A stretch of 51,707 bases of DNA, the filler included, from Jimgerdemannia flammicorona (Eukaryota): the NCBI GenBank assembly GCA_003990765.1. It is 2 parts of 2 records of this genome, joined end to end, with 100 filler letters (N's around TTAATTAATTAA, not from the genome) between each part and the next. Parts side by side here need not be neighbours in the genome. Positions count along the whole stretch, not along the records: positions 1 to 25,809 come from RBNJ01000790.1; 1 more part is not named here. One strand, 5' to 3'. Within the stretch, counting starts at the first letter, position 1; the number at the start of each line of letters is the position of its first letter. A model generated the notes under the pieces. The model had not been told where the DNA came from. It made no database searches and saw nothing but the letters and a program-made list of their open reading frames with translations. Below are positions 1 to 12,933 of the stretch, piece by piece. Made by a program: the position numbers and the translations under genes.

Positions 1-31
<31 letters not shown>

Positions 32-346
32 GGGGGGGGTGGTATTCACTTTGTTACGAAACTGTTGAACATCCAATATTGTTACATGTAGAATTTTAGA
101 ATTATTTTCACATGCATGGAAGAAATCGTTATTGAAAAAATAATAATCAAGAGCACGTCGACAAAGAAGTTTATCTATTGCTCGAATCATAAGAATTTGC
201 ATTTCAGGATAGCAATGTATACACGACGAGCCAAACGGCTGTAGGTTTGTTGATCTTCAAAGAATGACCATATATAAATAAAACTCGTTTAAACCCGGAA
301 CTCCTGTAATACTGTCGATAATACCGTTTCCACTTTTGGTTGTCGT

Positions 347-760
347 TCGAAAACCAGACTAATTCTACAACAGCATCCATCCATCGTCGCAAGGCCCGTT
401 TCTCAGATCCTTCAAACGCTCCTCATCCAGCTTTCACTAAAAGCGACAGGAAAGATCCCTCACGACCTCCAAATACTCGAACCTTACCTCGCTTCATCCA
501 TCGTCGCAAGGCTCGTTTCTCGAAAAACACACCGTCCAGCATTCACTAAAAGCCAAAAAAAAAAAAAAAAAAAAAAAAATATTGCGACAAGAAAGATCCT
601 TCACGACCTCCATATGCTCGAACCTCACCACCTCGCTTCACTATTTGGCTGCCTCCCATCGCTCGAAAACCAGACTAATTCTACGGAAGCATCCATCCAT
701 CGTTGCAAGGCTCGTTTCTCGGACCCCAACCACACCCTTCAAACGCTCCTCACCCAGCTT
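347..760. repeat. Patchwork imperfect tandem duplication with an internal poly-A run
   Basis: tcgaaaaccagactaattctac..catccatccatcg..gcaagg..cgtttctc at 347 and 663 (offset 316). gcgacag/agaaagatcc..cacgacctcca..ctcgaacct at ~444 and ~585. A third tccatcgtcgcaaggctcgtttctc at ~497. Confidence 0.8.
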
Positions 761-1030
761 GGAGTCCCAGAGCTCGCGTAATACATTGGTTGGATTTCAC
801 ACAACCGGTTCATGAACATCAATCCTATTCATGAGGGTGGATCCGCCAAGGTGTATAAAGGAACCATCGCCGCAGACATTTGAAAGATGGAATAGAGGAG
901 GTACGATATTGACCCTTCAACTGTTTTCGGAGATATGCGCAAGACAATTACGTTCAACTTCGTCTTATTCCAACTCGTGCTGCCAATTTTATTTACACAG
1001 CTGGTCTTAAACGTCCCCCTAATCGACCTA

Positions 1031-2178
1031 CCCAAGAAATACATATACCATATATCACTCCTTGAAATAGAAGTTGTCAAGAAAGAACTAGAAGAACTAC
1101 TTGCCCAAGGAGCCATCCAATCCAGCAAGTCACCCTTTGGCTCACCAGTCCTTTTTGTTAAGAAAATGAATGGGACTTTGCAAATGTATATAGACTACTG
1201 TATACTCAACAAGCTTGCAGTCAAGAACTGGTACCTGTTATCTCTCATTGATCAGATCTCAAGAATGCCAAATACTTCACCAAGCTAGACCTCATATCTG
1301 AGTATCACCAAATTTGAATCAAGCCAGAAGATATGTATCTTTAAGACTACTTTCATAGTCTTCTTCAGACTCTATAAATTCCTGGTCCTAGTATTTGGTT
1401 TCACCAATACACTTACTACTTTCCAGACTCTCATGAATAAGATATTCAAGAATTAATTCTTTATTTTCCTATTGGTATATCTTAACAATATTCTGATATT
1501 TAGTATAACTAAAGAAGAATATCTCAAGTATATCTACCTTATTTTGAAAATTCTTCAAAAATATAAGTTAAGAAATGTGAATTTTTCAAGAAACAAGTTA
1601 AATATCTTGACTACATTGTCTCTGTATATAGAATCTAAGTAGATCTGCACAAGATAGAGATAATCCAAAAATGACTCAAACTAGTAAATCTTACAGAACT
1701 CAGATTCTTTCTTAACTTAGCTGATTACTATTGCCAATTTGTCAGAAACTTTACTAAGATTGCTAAGTCTCTTACAAACCTGATAAAGAAGATATTATTT
1801 ACAGAATACTATATATCTTATATCTAGAACCTCTTCTATTAATAAGTATTCCAAAAACTTAAGAACTATCTAACCAATACTCTAGTCTTATAAAATCCTA
1901 ATTTAAGTCTAAAATTTACTATTACTACTAATACTTCAAATTTTGCTATTGGAGTAGTTTTATTATAAAATGATAAAAAAGGATACTATTCTATCACCTT
2001 TGAGTTATAAAAATTATTTCCAGTAGAACAGAAGTTAGTTATCTATAAGAAAGAACTACTAGTGATTATATATATCTTAGATCACTAGAGATATTATCTA
2101 GAAGGTATTGAATTTGATATTATTACTAACTATTAATCTCTTAAGTATATCAACACTCAACTGACTTTGTCATATCAA
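1031..2178 (+). pseudogene. Ty3/gypsy family B pol fragment (RT to RNase H), degenerate
   Basis: KKELEELLAQGAIQSSKSPFGSPVLFVKK..YIDY; colinear with 20730-21895; many stops; no LTR. Confidence 0.9.
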
Positions 2179-2199
2179 TGCAAAAAACCCCTCCTACAT

Positions 2200-2550
2200 C
2201 TTGTTGACTATTCCCACCTCAAAAACTGATCCCTTTCATAAGGGCACCACTCTTTATATTACCCATACACCTACTGGGGCCCCATGTGCCATTCTCCTCC
2301 TCCAAGCCCTCTTTCTTTCCTTCTCGGCCCCCCCTTTTCCGATGCACAGGTGATGCCCCATTTACCTGCATATGGCTTCTATCTGGCTTATGGACCCTCC
2401 TCACTGCCATCAGACTCCTGGCATTCACTTATGCTGGACATAGTTTTGGTATTGGGGCTGTCTCCGATGCTGCTGAGGCCGGGTTCTCAGATTATGAGAT
2501 TCAAATTCTTGGGCAGTGGCGTAGCAATGCCTATTGATTCTACATCCAGA
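2200..2550 (+). pseudogene. Tyrosine recombinase C-terminal fragment (Ngaro/DIRS-type)
   Basis: LTIPTSKTDPFHKGTTLYIT, then after a frame change YAGHSFGIGAVSDAAEAGFSDYEIQILGQWRSNAY. These match the YR motifs SKTD, HSFRIG and GRWxSxAY. Confidence 0.85.
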
Positions 2551-2650
2551 TGCCAACATCCCGGATACTCCATCTGACGACTGCTTTAGCCTCTCGCTAT
2601 CTGATGTTATCTGACACCATTTGGTGTCAGTTTTCTCACCACCATGGTAT

Positions 2651-3020
2651 ATGACTATGGCCTGGCTTTGCCCCCATGATGAGAATCGGCCCACAAAGAC
2701 CCACGTAGGCCATGCTTCGGCATTTTGTCCCACAATCGTGGTAGTGTAGGATTTGAGGACTATGGGCTGGCATTTACTATTATGATTTCATGCCATTGTT
2801 GGCATCTATTTCTCCGCCACCATGATGCAGAGCCGGCCCATGACGATCTGCGTAGGTCGTCTTATATGACCCAAGACTGCGGTAGTACAGGGCTCCATGA
2901 CCATGGCCTGGCTGTGCCCCCATGATGAGAATCGATCCACAAAGATCCACATAGGACATGCTTCGGTATTTTCCCACAATCGTAGTAGTATAGGATTCGT
3001 GGACCATGGGCCAGCATTCT
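2651..3020 (+). repeat. ~125-bp direct repeat pair in the 3' region of the YR element
   Basis: atgac(t/c)atggcctggct(t/g)tgcccccatgatgagaatcg...cccacaatcgt(g/a)gtagt(g/a)taggatt at 2651 and 2897 (offset 246). Confidence 0.85.
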
Positions 3021-3104
3021 ATCTTCACTCATGCAGGGCCTTTGAGCATGGATATATTCCATGTAAGCCCTATGGCCGCGAGGTAAGTATAGTTTCTTTG
3101 GGCC

Positions 3105-3705
3105 GAGTTCTTCGAACTGACCGATGCAAAGCATTCGAGACAGAAACATTCCTCATGCACACATACACCCAAATACACACTCAATAATATACTCATTCAA
3201 TCTATTATTATCTATGACCTGGTATTCACGGTTTGGTATTCACGGTCAGATATCCACGAGTGGCCGTTGATAGTGGGTGGGTTATCGAAGGAGTAGAATG
3301 GAGATTTAATGAAGGGATCCCAAGGGATAGCGCATTAAAGTTGCATTTACTCGATTAGGCAATCAATAAATATAATTATATGTATAGCACAGAATCCATT
3401 TGTACGTCCAACATCTTGTCTCCTTCCCCTTACACTCAATCGTCGTCACCATACATTTCACTCCCACCCACCTCCCTATTTTGTACACCTCTTGTATGTC
3501 GGGTTCTTTGAACTGACTGATGCAAAGAATTCGAGACAGAAACATTCCTCATGCACGCATACGCCCAAATACACACTCAATAATATACTCATTCAATCTA
3601 TTATTATCTACGACCTGGTATTCACAGTTTGGTATTCACAGTCAGGTATCCACAGGTGGCCGTTGATAGCGGGTGGGTTATCGAAGGAGTAGAACGGGGA
3701 TTTAA
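3105..3705 (+). repeat. 205-bp direct repeats (3105-3309 and 3501-3705), probable B1-A2-B2 terminus of an Ngaro-like element
   Basis: Near-identical 205-bp copies separated by 191 bp, downstream of the YR fragment. Confidence 0.8.
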
Positions 3706-4839
3706 CTAGGTTTATTGTCTGTAGATTATATCCATTCAAGCTTTCATACTAGGCAAATATGTCGGTTTTTTTTTTTTTTTTTGTCCTCATCATATGGCTA
3801 CCAACTTTATATATATACAATGTAACAAAAAGATTTAATTTGTATTTTTCTGTCCTTAATAATGATCTATGAATTTCGCATTCTATCTTAGATAAATTGG
3901 TATGTATGCATGAATTGGAGAAATCTGAACATTATGAAAAATAAACTAAACCAAAAAATAAATAAATACCAATAGCACATACATTATTATTTAATAAATC
4001 TCTAGTTTCTACACTTACTTGTCAAATTCGAAAGCTATCTTCTTTTTTTATTTATTTTATTTATTTTGATTTTTTAGTGTAAACGTTTTGGTGTCGAAAG
4101 ACGTTCATGTAGATGGCGTCCACCCCAATCACGTTGAATTCACCCTTCGTGAATCACGACTGGAAGTGAAAGGAATCCCTGTCTCCGTGTACTAGGCGTT
4201 CAGGATGCTTGACATTAAAGCCGGTTGCGTAAGAGAAAGAATAGCTGCACGATTCAGGCACTCGCCGATATCGTAATTAATAATGTAGAAATTCGGGTTA
4301 CATCTAATTACGTGTTTCACGAGTTGCTGGATACGCCAATGTGACGCTCTTGCGTATGATACGAAGGAAAAAAAAAAATAAAAATAAAAATAGACTGAGC
4401 TTGGCATCTGGTTCTGCCTTGACGAAATTTGTACCTGACGACATGCGAGGTTACTCCATGCCGGAGGAAGTCCCTGTTCACTCGAAACATCTTCGATTAA
4501 CGACACATTCTGCCTCTTCTTCCACTAATAGATCTCTCCTCGCCACCGTCTCGCTACGCGCGTTTGGAACGTGGAGGGTACGTTGGTGATTGTTTATGCG
4601 TGCACATTTATTCAACCAATTCGCCTTGGACCATTATAAGATTTGGACTCACAACCCACTTGGTCAGCACACGCTTGAAATCGATCCTTTTTCATGCGAT
4701 GCAAAGTCAACAATTTGATATCGTTCCTGGCCAAATGTTGAATTATTTGAATATATTTTTTACTTTACAAACTGGCTCTAAATTGATCAAGCAAAACTCA
4801 TTGCCTTTATCTCTATAATATTCCAAACAACGCACAAAA

Positions 4840-6070
4840 CTATTTCATAAGTGGTAGATCGGTTTCTTGCAGACCCTCCAGGCCACGGTTGTAACCCTGG
4901 AGGTAGAGCGAGAGTAGGTCCTCCCGCCGGCGAACCTCTGCGGGCGGGAAATACCGAAAAAGTAGCTGGAGGTACCCCCTAGAAATAACAACAAATTCGT
5001 TATCAGGTTGGCAAGAGGTCTACATTTTGATATCAGGCAGTTGAGAGGATAAAAAATAAATTTACCAGGGTCGGTAAGGGCCTGTATCAAATGGCGTGGG
5101 AGGGAGGAGATGCATGCGGGGAAAAAATTAGCTATTGCTTACGAATAGCATACAATGCTAGCAATAAACTGGAAAAATGAAGAACCCATCTACCAACCTC
5201 TACCGGTAATGATAACGAATGCGGATAAAAGCGAGGAGAGCAGCGCGACGGTGGAACTTAAGATGGCGAATGCATTGGTTGGATGGAACTCGACGGCTAC
5301 CGGCACAGTCCAGTCGCCTTCCAGATAATATATAATGGCGATCATAGGCAAGTTCAATATCGTGGTCCGGGACTGATTCGAAGTGTAACTGGGACACAAA
5401 GAGCAGTAATGAGCATAGAAACCTCACCAACAACGAAGCCAAACACGTCCTCTTTCACATCGTTGGGAAAGAACTCGGTGCGGTACTGTAGACTGGTGCG
5501 AATAGACTTGTCTATCGTCTGGTGCTCCGAGTACGAGTAGGTAACGTATCTACGCTGAAAGTTTATGTTACTGTTCCACATTGGCACCAGCAAGTACAGG
5601 GAGTCCACAAAGCTCGTCCCAGGCGCCCAAATGGCAAATGAACTTGTATATTGTATCGCTGTCGACATCTGGAACGGGGTCTCGATTAAGGCCAGCGGAG
5701 CCATCATTCCCCGCGTAAGGTTGGGTGCCAGGGCCGGGTCTAATACATAACAGCGGTCGAAGTTGTCGGTCAATCCTGCGGGGACGTTGGGGATAGTCGC
5801 GAGCATGTACTTGGTGATGTAACAGTCAGCATTTGTCCCAGTATTGTTGAGAACAGTGGCATTGTATTTACAACTGAAGGTGAGGTTAGCGCCGTCGTAG
5901 CAGATAGTGAGGCCCGGAAGGGGGAGTGAGGTGCGGTTGTCGTACCGCAGGTGGATGGCGATGTCGGAAAGAGAGTTGATGGCGGAGCGGGTTGACCAGG
6001 CGAAGTAGGCGCAAATAACTGCGAACAGCAGCAGGGACAAGGAGTTGATTATGCCTTTCTTAAATGACAT
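4840..6070 (-). CDS. Uncharacterised 305-aa two-TM membrane protein with a large Cys/N-glycan-site-rich loop (4 exons: 6070-5428, 5317-5198, 5081-5066, 4978-4840)
   Basis: GT..AG introns join into one 918-nt open frame: MSFKKGIINSLSLLLFAVICAYFAW..LPLPGLTIC..GDWTVPVAVEFHPTNAFAILSSTVALLSSLLSAFVIITGRGPYRPWGYLQLLF..LMK*. The intron 1 acceptor (AAG) is the least certain junction. The DNA is CpG-rich and undegraded. Confidence 0.7.
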
Positions 6071-7175
6071 TATTACACTGAAGGCGTAGAGGGTGTTCAC
6101 GGAAACGGGACTATTTATTGCCTCTAATTATAATTAATCGTAGCCCCATTTGGATACGACGTTTCCGATTACGACATACGCACAGTAGTTGGTGGTTATT
6201 AATGGCCTTCTGCTGCGTAATATTTTCATTTGCTTGGCAACTAATTTGGGATTAACTCGCAGTGAGGTACGCCGTCCCGAGTCAAAAATTTGTGTGGGCT
6301 GAATGTGATGAACCAGGGGTCAATGAGCTAACTATAGCTAGCTAATCAGGTCAGGCAAGTAAATTTGCCAATGAGGAAAAATAATCACTTCCATATGGAA
6401 AAAATGCAAAACCCCACCTGGAAAAAATACAGAAAAATATGAAATCTTAATAAAAATGAGCAGGTTTTGTCAGCCTTGAGATATCAAGAAAAAGCCACAT
6501 CCAAGCAGGTTAACAAGAGTCATACAGAATTATTTTCACTAAGGTATATAACTGAGGTACACTGACTTCTATTATTATTTTTACAATCAAAAATCCATAT
6601 TAATGAAAATAAATATATTGAGCATATTCTCAAGTTCCTGAAGCAATACCTATATTAATAGTTTGATATAGATTTATAAAAAAAATTATATTATAATAAT
6701 ATCTTTTGTGAAAGATAAGAAATTTTGGTAAAAATTGATGATAGTTAAAAAAAATATATGAAACCCAGTTATATATTTATATTATAATATTTTTATAAGT
6801 TCATTATATGAAGAAATTTACAGAATTCATCAAAATATATATAAATATTATATAACTATAGCTTAAAAGATTGAGATGTATCAATTTTATATAAATAAAG
6901 AACAAAATATAAAGAGTAATAAATTTCAGTATAGTCATATAGTAATTATACTATTCACTAATAGAAATATCATAATGTCTTCATAAGTTTAGAAATCTAT
7001 AGAATTTAGTAAAAATATATATAAATACTATATAACTATAGCTTAAAAGGTTGAAATGTACTGATTTCTAATTATAGTTATATAATTTAGTCCTAAGTAA
7101 TAATTTATAATATAAGATAATAATTTAAAAAGCTCAAGACCCATTAAGAGGTTCAATATATATCTCTTTGACTGT

Positions 7176-7642
7176 TGTGATAGTATAGCCAGATTTGGAA
7201 GAAGAAAATAGAGAACAGACACTTAATCGCACCTAGTCCCAAAGTAGTATAGCCACATAGTTAGCAGTCCTCAATTCTGCCATTTACTAAATATTTCACA
7301 AAGTGCAAGATCGAGCTTCTCGATTTAGTATAGCATTTCGCAACTGGGGAAATATTTTTCAAAGTATTAAATGATTCATAACTTAGCCATATAACCCAGT
7401 AACCATCTCATAGCTAGCAAACTTATATAAATAACCCAGGATCTTCGAGTGAATAAACCTCAGATCAAAATAGTTCAAAGCAAAGAGATAGCAAAGGAAC
7501 TAGTAAGCCTGTGGGCAGATACACTTCGAACTCACCCACCCTCCCCTGCAACTTCAAGAGACTCTGCGAGAGTCAGAACAGTCAAGTTTTCAAGATACAG
7601 AAATCCGACGTACTTTTAAGAGTAAGCATCTGCTATGTTACA
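7176..7642 (+). repeat. 5' LTR of A1 (467 bp)
   Basis: tgtgatagtatagcc...ctatgttaca; matches 13422-13855 apart from a ~33-bp indel and transitions. Confidence 0.95.
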
Positions 7643-7756
7643 ACTTGGTGCCCATTGGCTGGTGATTCAAGACAAATCTCTCACTTTTAAGCTGAACAAT
7701 GAACAACTGCCACTACCCGAACAACCACACAAACCAAGCCCCAATATCTAGACAAG

Positions 7757-10700
7757 ATGGATATAAGACCACCAGTATTCTATGGATATCTCAGACGAAT
7801 CAATCATCACCTTTATTGATGATTTCGAACAGTATGCTGTGGTAAGAACCCTGATAGCAGCACAGCAAGTAGCCCTCATGCCATTCAGCCTACAAGGTCC
7901 TGCTAGAGCAGCATTCACAGCTGCAACCTATACAAGAAATGATGCCGATACTATACTAACAGTACAGAAGACCTGGCTCTGTAATATATATTATACAGAC
8001 AAGATCAAGCAAGCCCTGAAGGATCAGCTCAATACAACATGCCAAGGAATGAGCGAGAATCTAAATATATTCTATACCAGAATTCGATATCAGATAATCC
8101 TTACAGATTATGCTGCTGCTATCCAAGATCAAGTAGCCAAAGCAATCTTCATAAAAGGAGTCTATCCAGAAATAGCCATGGCCATCTGCTCATCACCAGT
8201 GATTCTGGATCTGCCACAAAAGGTCACCTATGCTCAGCAATACTGGATAGCCAGACACCCACAAGACCATATAATGGAGAGAGTTACAGGAGTCAGAATC
8301 AAAGTACCCAAGACAACCAGTGTGATCTCTACCACAATGATCAATCGAAACACACCTCAGCCAAAAGCTACAGAGCAGCAAAAGAACAGTGACCCTATGG
8401 AGGAACTTGCCAAAAGGTTTGCCAAAATGACTGCCCACCTGGGAGATGTGGTAAAGGAAATTCGAGGAAGAGACCACTGCCCTGTTCAGAAGTTTACCAC
8501 CACTTCAGATAAGAAGAAAGGTACCTGCTACAGCTGCAGAGAAGAAGGCCACTACTCTTATAAATACATGAGCGAAATAAAGTGCAAGGCTCAACCAAGT
8601 AATGCTATACGAAACAAGGAGCAGGCCAATACAATCACCTTTGAAGAAATCAGAGAATCTGATGAAGAGGAATGGGAGGCCTATCCTGCTCAGACCACCA
8701 AGAAGGATGTTCGCAAAGAACCCTACAAGAGACTACCAGGAAGACCCAAGAAGAACCCAGTGGAAAAGCAGATGGAAACTGCCACAGAAAGCCAAGCTGA
8801 AGAGATGGACCAAGATATAGAGCTGGAGCAAGTAGTTTAAGATATCATCTGAGAAACCACTCCAGCCAGTGAAGGAGAAAAAGAAAAGAAGTTTTGCAAG
8901 ACCAAGACCTTCAAGTATGATATCTTCAAGGACCTCAGTCAACAAAAGGTCAATACAACCTTTGGTCAGCTTGCAGAAATCCCAACATTCAGACAGCAAA
9001 TGAGATTTGGACTTGCCGAAACAACTAAGGAATAAGAATAGAAGATAACTGAGACCAATAACATTCAAGAGGACTTAGGAGAAGAAAGTGAGGACAATCG
9101 CAAAACCTCTGCATATGCAACATGCCAAATCGAAGATAGAATCTTTGAAGCCATCATCAATATGGGAGCAGGAGGATGTCTCCTCAGCAAGAAGGCAGCA
9201 GACCACCTAGGTTGGAATATGGAAGAAGCAACTAAGCTGGTGTTTATCACAGCCAATAGCATAAGAGCCATATCTCTGGGAAAGATCCAAGATGTTCCCA
9301 TCAAGATTGGAGGAGCAACAATCCCAGTAGATGTAATTGTAACTAATGCCACTAACTATGACATCCTCATCAGCAATTAATGGCTTCACAAAGCCAAGAC
9401 AGTAATCAATCTCAATGCCCAGAAGATGCAGATCACCTACTGGGGACAGAAGATACAAATTCCCATTAATGTCAACAAAGGAGTCCTGCCTGATATGGAG
9501 GAAGAAGAGAGCGAGCAAGAGGAAGCTTATATGGTGACTACTCCAAAGAAGAAGAAAGTTGGATGGATGAGTGAAGAAGAATGGTATAAGAAGATGGCAG
9601 AAGGCTATGCACCACAAGGAGTCTGTCCTTATGGGATCAAGATGTACTGTATAGAGCATATCAATGATTGCTACCAGTGTACCATCGGAATCAGGAAGAT
9701 CCACCAGGAAAGAAGACAGAAAGCTCTTGAAAAACAGATCAGAGAAGAAGAGAAGGAGGAAGATGATGAACCACCAGCTCTCCTAGAGGACAGTGATGAT
9801 GAAGAAGAAATCAAGGTCAAGATTCGAAAGATCCACCCTGATGTAGTCTTGCTGGAATATAAGTCAGAAAATGCAGCTGGAATGGACATCACTACAGTAG
9901 AAGAGACTGTACTGGAATCCCAGACAACCACCCTACTTGCAACTGGACTAGAGATGACCATCCCAAAGGATCATATCAGGATTCTCAAGACAAGAAGCAG
10001 CCTGGCTAGAAGCGAAATCACAATCGAAGGAGGAGTCATCGATTCAAACTATACTGGAGAAATTCTACTCATTACTAGGAATCACAATCCTACAATCCCA
10101 TTTCCAGTCAAGAAGAAGGACCAATTGGTACAAATGTTGATCTTTCTGATACTACAACCAAAGATCATAGAAGTTAAGAAGCTGGAGGAAACAAAAAGAG
10201 GAAAGAAAGGATTTGGATCTACAGGAAGAGGAGTATTCACCAACATCAAGATCACTGAACTCAAGCATAAGAAGGAGAAAAACACAAGCAAGCACAGCTA
10301 CACCATTGAAAATGAATTTCCACTCAAGAAAGAACTCAAGGAAATACTCTACAAATTTAAAGATATCTTTGCCACAGATTTCAAGGATATCAAAGGAAAG
10401 ACCCCATACTACTATCATGAAGTAGATACTGGAGACACTGAACCAATTTATCAGAAGGCAAGACCTGTCCCACCAGCCTACCAAGAATGGCTTAGAGAAG
10501 AAATCAAGCAGATGGAAGAAGCTGGCATCATTAAAGAAGCAAGCAGCCCCTGGTCCTCACCTGTTGTACTAGCCCCCAAAAAAGGCAGCAAGCCTGGAGA
10601 ATTTGCCCCAAGACTCTGTGTTGACTACAGAAAGCTCAACATGGTTACCAAGAAGGATCGCCAACTACTGCCCCTCATCAATGACATCCTCATAACACTG

Positions 10701-11732
10701 GAAGATGAAGTACAGTACTACAGCACTTTGGACTTATACTCAGAATTCCACCAAATCAGACTCACAGACATGGCAAGTGAAAAATCAGCTTTCATCACCC
10801 CAGATGGAACCTACGTCTACCTATGAATGCTATTTGGAATGTGCAATGCACTAGCAAGTTTCCAGCAAATGATAAACAAAATCTTCTACTATGATATGGG
10901 AAGATAGATGATGGTCTATGTTGATAATGTAATCATCTACAGCCAGACACCAGAAGAATACCTGCAGCACATCTGGCAGATAATGGAAAGACTGAGAAAG
11001 CATGGCCTATACATCAAGCCCAAAAAATGCAAATTCGCAGAAATCAAGATCTCCTATCTCAGCCATATTATCAACCAAGATGGAACACACATGGACCCCC
11101 TCAAGATACAAGTGGTGGCAGTATACCCAAGACCCACCACTGTTATGGAAGCCCAAGTCTTCATGGGACTTGCCTCCTATTATCACAGATTTATTAGAGG
11201 ATTTTCTAATATTGCAGGACCAATCTATGAACTTAACAAGAAGGATACCAAGTTCCAGTGGACTGGTAGACAACAAAAAGCATTTGATGAACTCAAGGTC
11301 AGACTGACCCAGGCACCCATCCTCAGAAGACCTGACTGGACTCAAGAATTCATCCTACAGACTGATGTAAGTGTACAAGAACTAGGAGTAGTCCTAGCTC
11401 AAAAGAAAGATAAAGTAGAGTATGTCATCTCATACCTCAGCCACAGAACTCGAGGAGCTGAAAAAGAATATGAATCCTACAAGTTGGAATACCTCACAGT
11501 TATCTGGGCCATAGAAAAGTTCCACTACCACTTGGCCAGAAGACACTTCATCATCTAAACAGACTACTCAGCTCTCATCTGGCTACTGACAACCAGACAA
11601 CCCAAAGGAATCTATGTCAGATAGATAATGAAGTTGCAAGCTTATGACATAACCATCGTACACTACTCTGGAAGAACCAATGCCAATGCAGATATCCTCT
11701 TATGAACATCCCAAACTACCTCCAACCAATAA
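7757..11732 (+). pseudogene. A1 gag-protease-dUTPase-RT-RNase H polyprotein (one frame after a 2-nt deletion near 7789; in-frame stops)
   Basis: Start MDIRPPVFYG inferred from the sister copies; zinc knuckle CYSCREEGHYSYKY; protease AIINMGAG (from DTGA); RT SPWSSPVVL..RLCVDYRKLN..YVDN; RNase H LQTDVS..ANAD. The provided ORFs at 7782, 9162, 9426 and 10908 share one frame. Confidence 0.93.
9810..10226 (+). other. dUTPase domain of family A, between protease and RT
   Basis: AAGMDI, TRSSLA, GGVIDSNYTGEI, DQLVQM, RGKKGFGSTG correspond to the five trimeric dUTPase motifs. Confidence 0.95.
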
Positions 11733-11739
11733 ATCAATC

Positions 11740-12933
11740 ATGAATAAGGAGTTCTATTATGGAATTATCACATATCTGGGACAGTGAAAGATGCCCCAAT
11801 ATCTGGAAGAATGGATACAAATGATTATCAACAGAACATGGAAATAATTCAAAACTGACGGAGAAATACTAAAGAAAGAAAAACTACTAGTCATACCAGA
11901 ACATAAGAAGGAGCAAGTGATGAAATCAGTATATGAACTTGGCCATCTAGGAGGAACGAATATATATGATAAGGCAAGAAGAACAATATGGTGGCCAGAG
12001 ATAGAGGAAGATATCAGACAATTCATCAAGACCTGTGACAAATGCCAGAAACAGAAACAAGACCAACAAAATCGAGCCCCAGGATCAGCACATATAGAAC
12101 TAGTACTATTTACCCACATTGCAATAGATGTAATCGGCTCTCTACTCTTGACTTTGACTGGTAACTGATACATCATCATCATCATAGACCTTTTTACAAA
12201 ATAGATAGAAGCAGGACCCCTCATAGAAGTCAATATATAGTTAATCGCTGATTTCTTCTACAAGGAAATCATCTACCAGTTCAAGATCCCAACACAAGTA
12301 ACTACAGATAGAGGAACAGAATTCATGAACCAGTTCTTCGAAGTTCTCTACAAGAAGTACAAGATCCAGCATATCCAGATCACAGTATATCATCCTTAAG
12401 GAAACAGACAAGTAGAAAGGACCAACAAAACTCTCAAGAACATTATTACCAAGATCTGTGATAACTATGAGAACTGGGATCACTATCTGCCAATAGTATT
12501 ATTTGCTCTCCAGGATATCTGATCACAAAGTATCCACTTTACCCCTTGAGAAATGTTATTTAGAGAAGAATGTTCTCAGGGAACCCTATCTTTCAATAGA
12601 GATGCTGTATGGAAACATATGGACATGGAAATATGGAGACTACACCAAATCAGGAAGAAGGCTGAAGATTACATAACCAAGGTACAGATACTACAATAGA
12701 GGAATGTGGAAAAAACCCACAAATTCTTGGAGATTATCAAGATAGGAGACAAAGTTCTAGTATATCAGAATATGATAGAAGCTTCTTGGTCACGAAAACT
12801 GGAGCCCAAGTGGGAAGGACCTTACCTGGTGCAAGATATAAAAGGGACCACCTTTTGGCTATAAAAACCCTCAGGCACAATAATCCCCACTACCATTCAC
12901 CGAAACTGACTCAAGAAATATCATGGCCAGTAA
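11740..12933 (+). pseudogene. A1 integrase (own ATG, different frame from RT-RH; in-frame stops)
   Basis: GHLG..CDKCQ zinc finger, IAIDVIG, TDRGTEF, QVERTN and a GPY/F module (LEPKWEGPY); no chromodomain. Confidence 0.92.

Noticed and set aside
2640..3705. Repeats with spacers as a CRISPR array
   Set aside because: Units are 125-205 bp with only two copies each, in a eukaryotic TE context with no cas genes.
4078..4830. Short ORFs in CpG-rich DNA downstream of the membrane-protein gene
   Set aside because: No consistent exon chain or recognisable domain.
7643..7665. Assigning a specific primer tRNA to the family A PBS
   Set aside because: tggtgcccattgg is PBS-like but mutated; it cannot be assigned without the host tRNA set.
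7782..12483. Alternative genetic code or programmed read-through to explain the many in-frame stops
   Set aside because: All three stop types occur and they differ between sister copies, which fits C->T/G->A decay.
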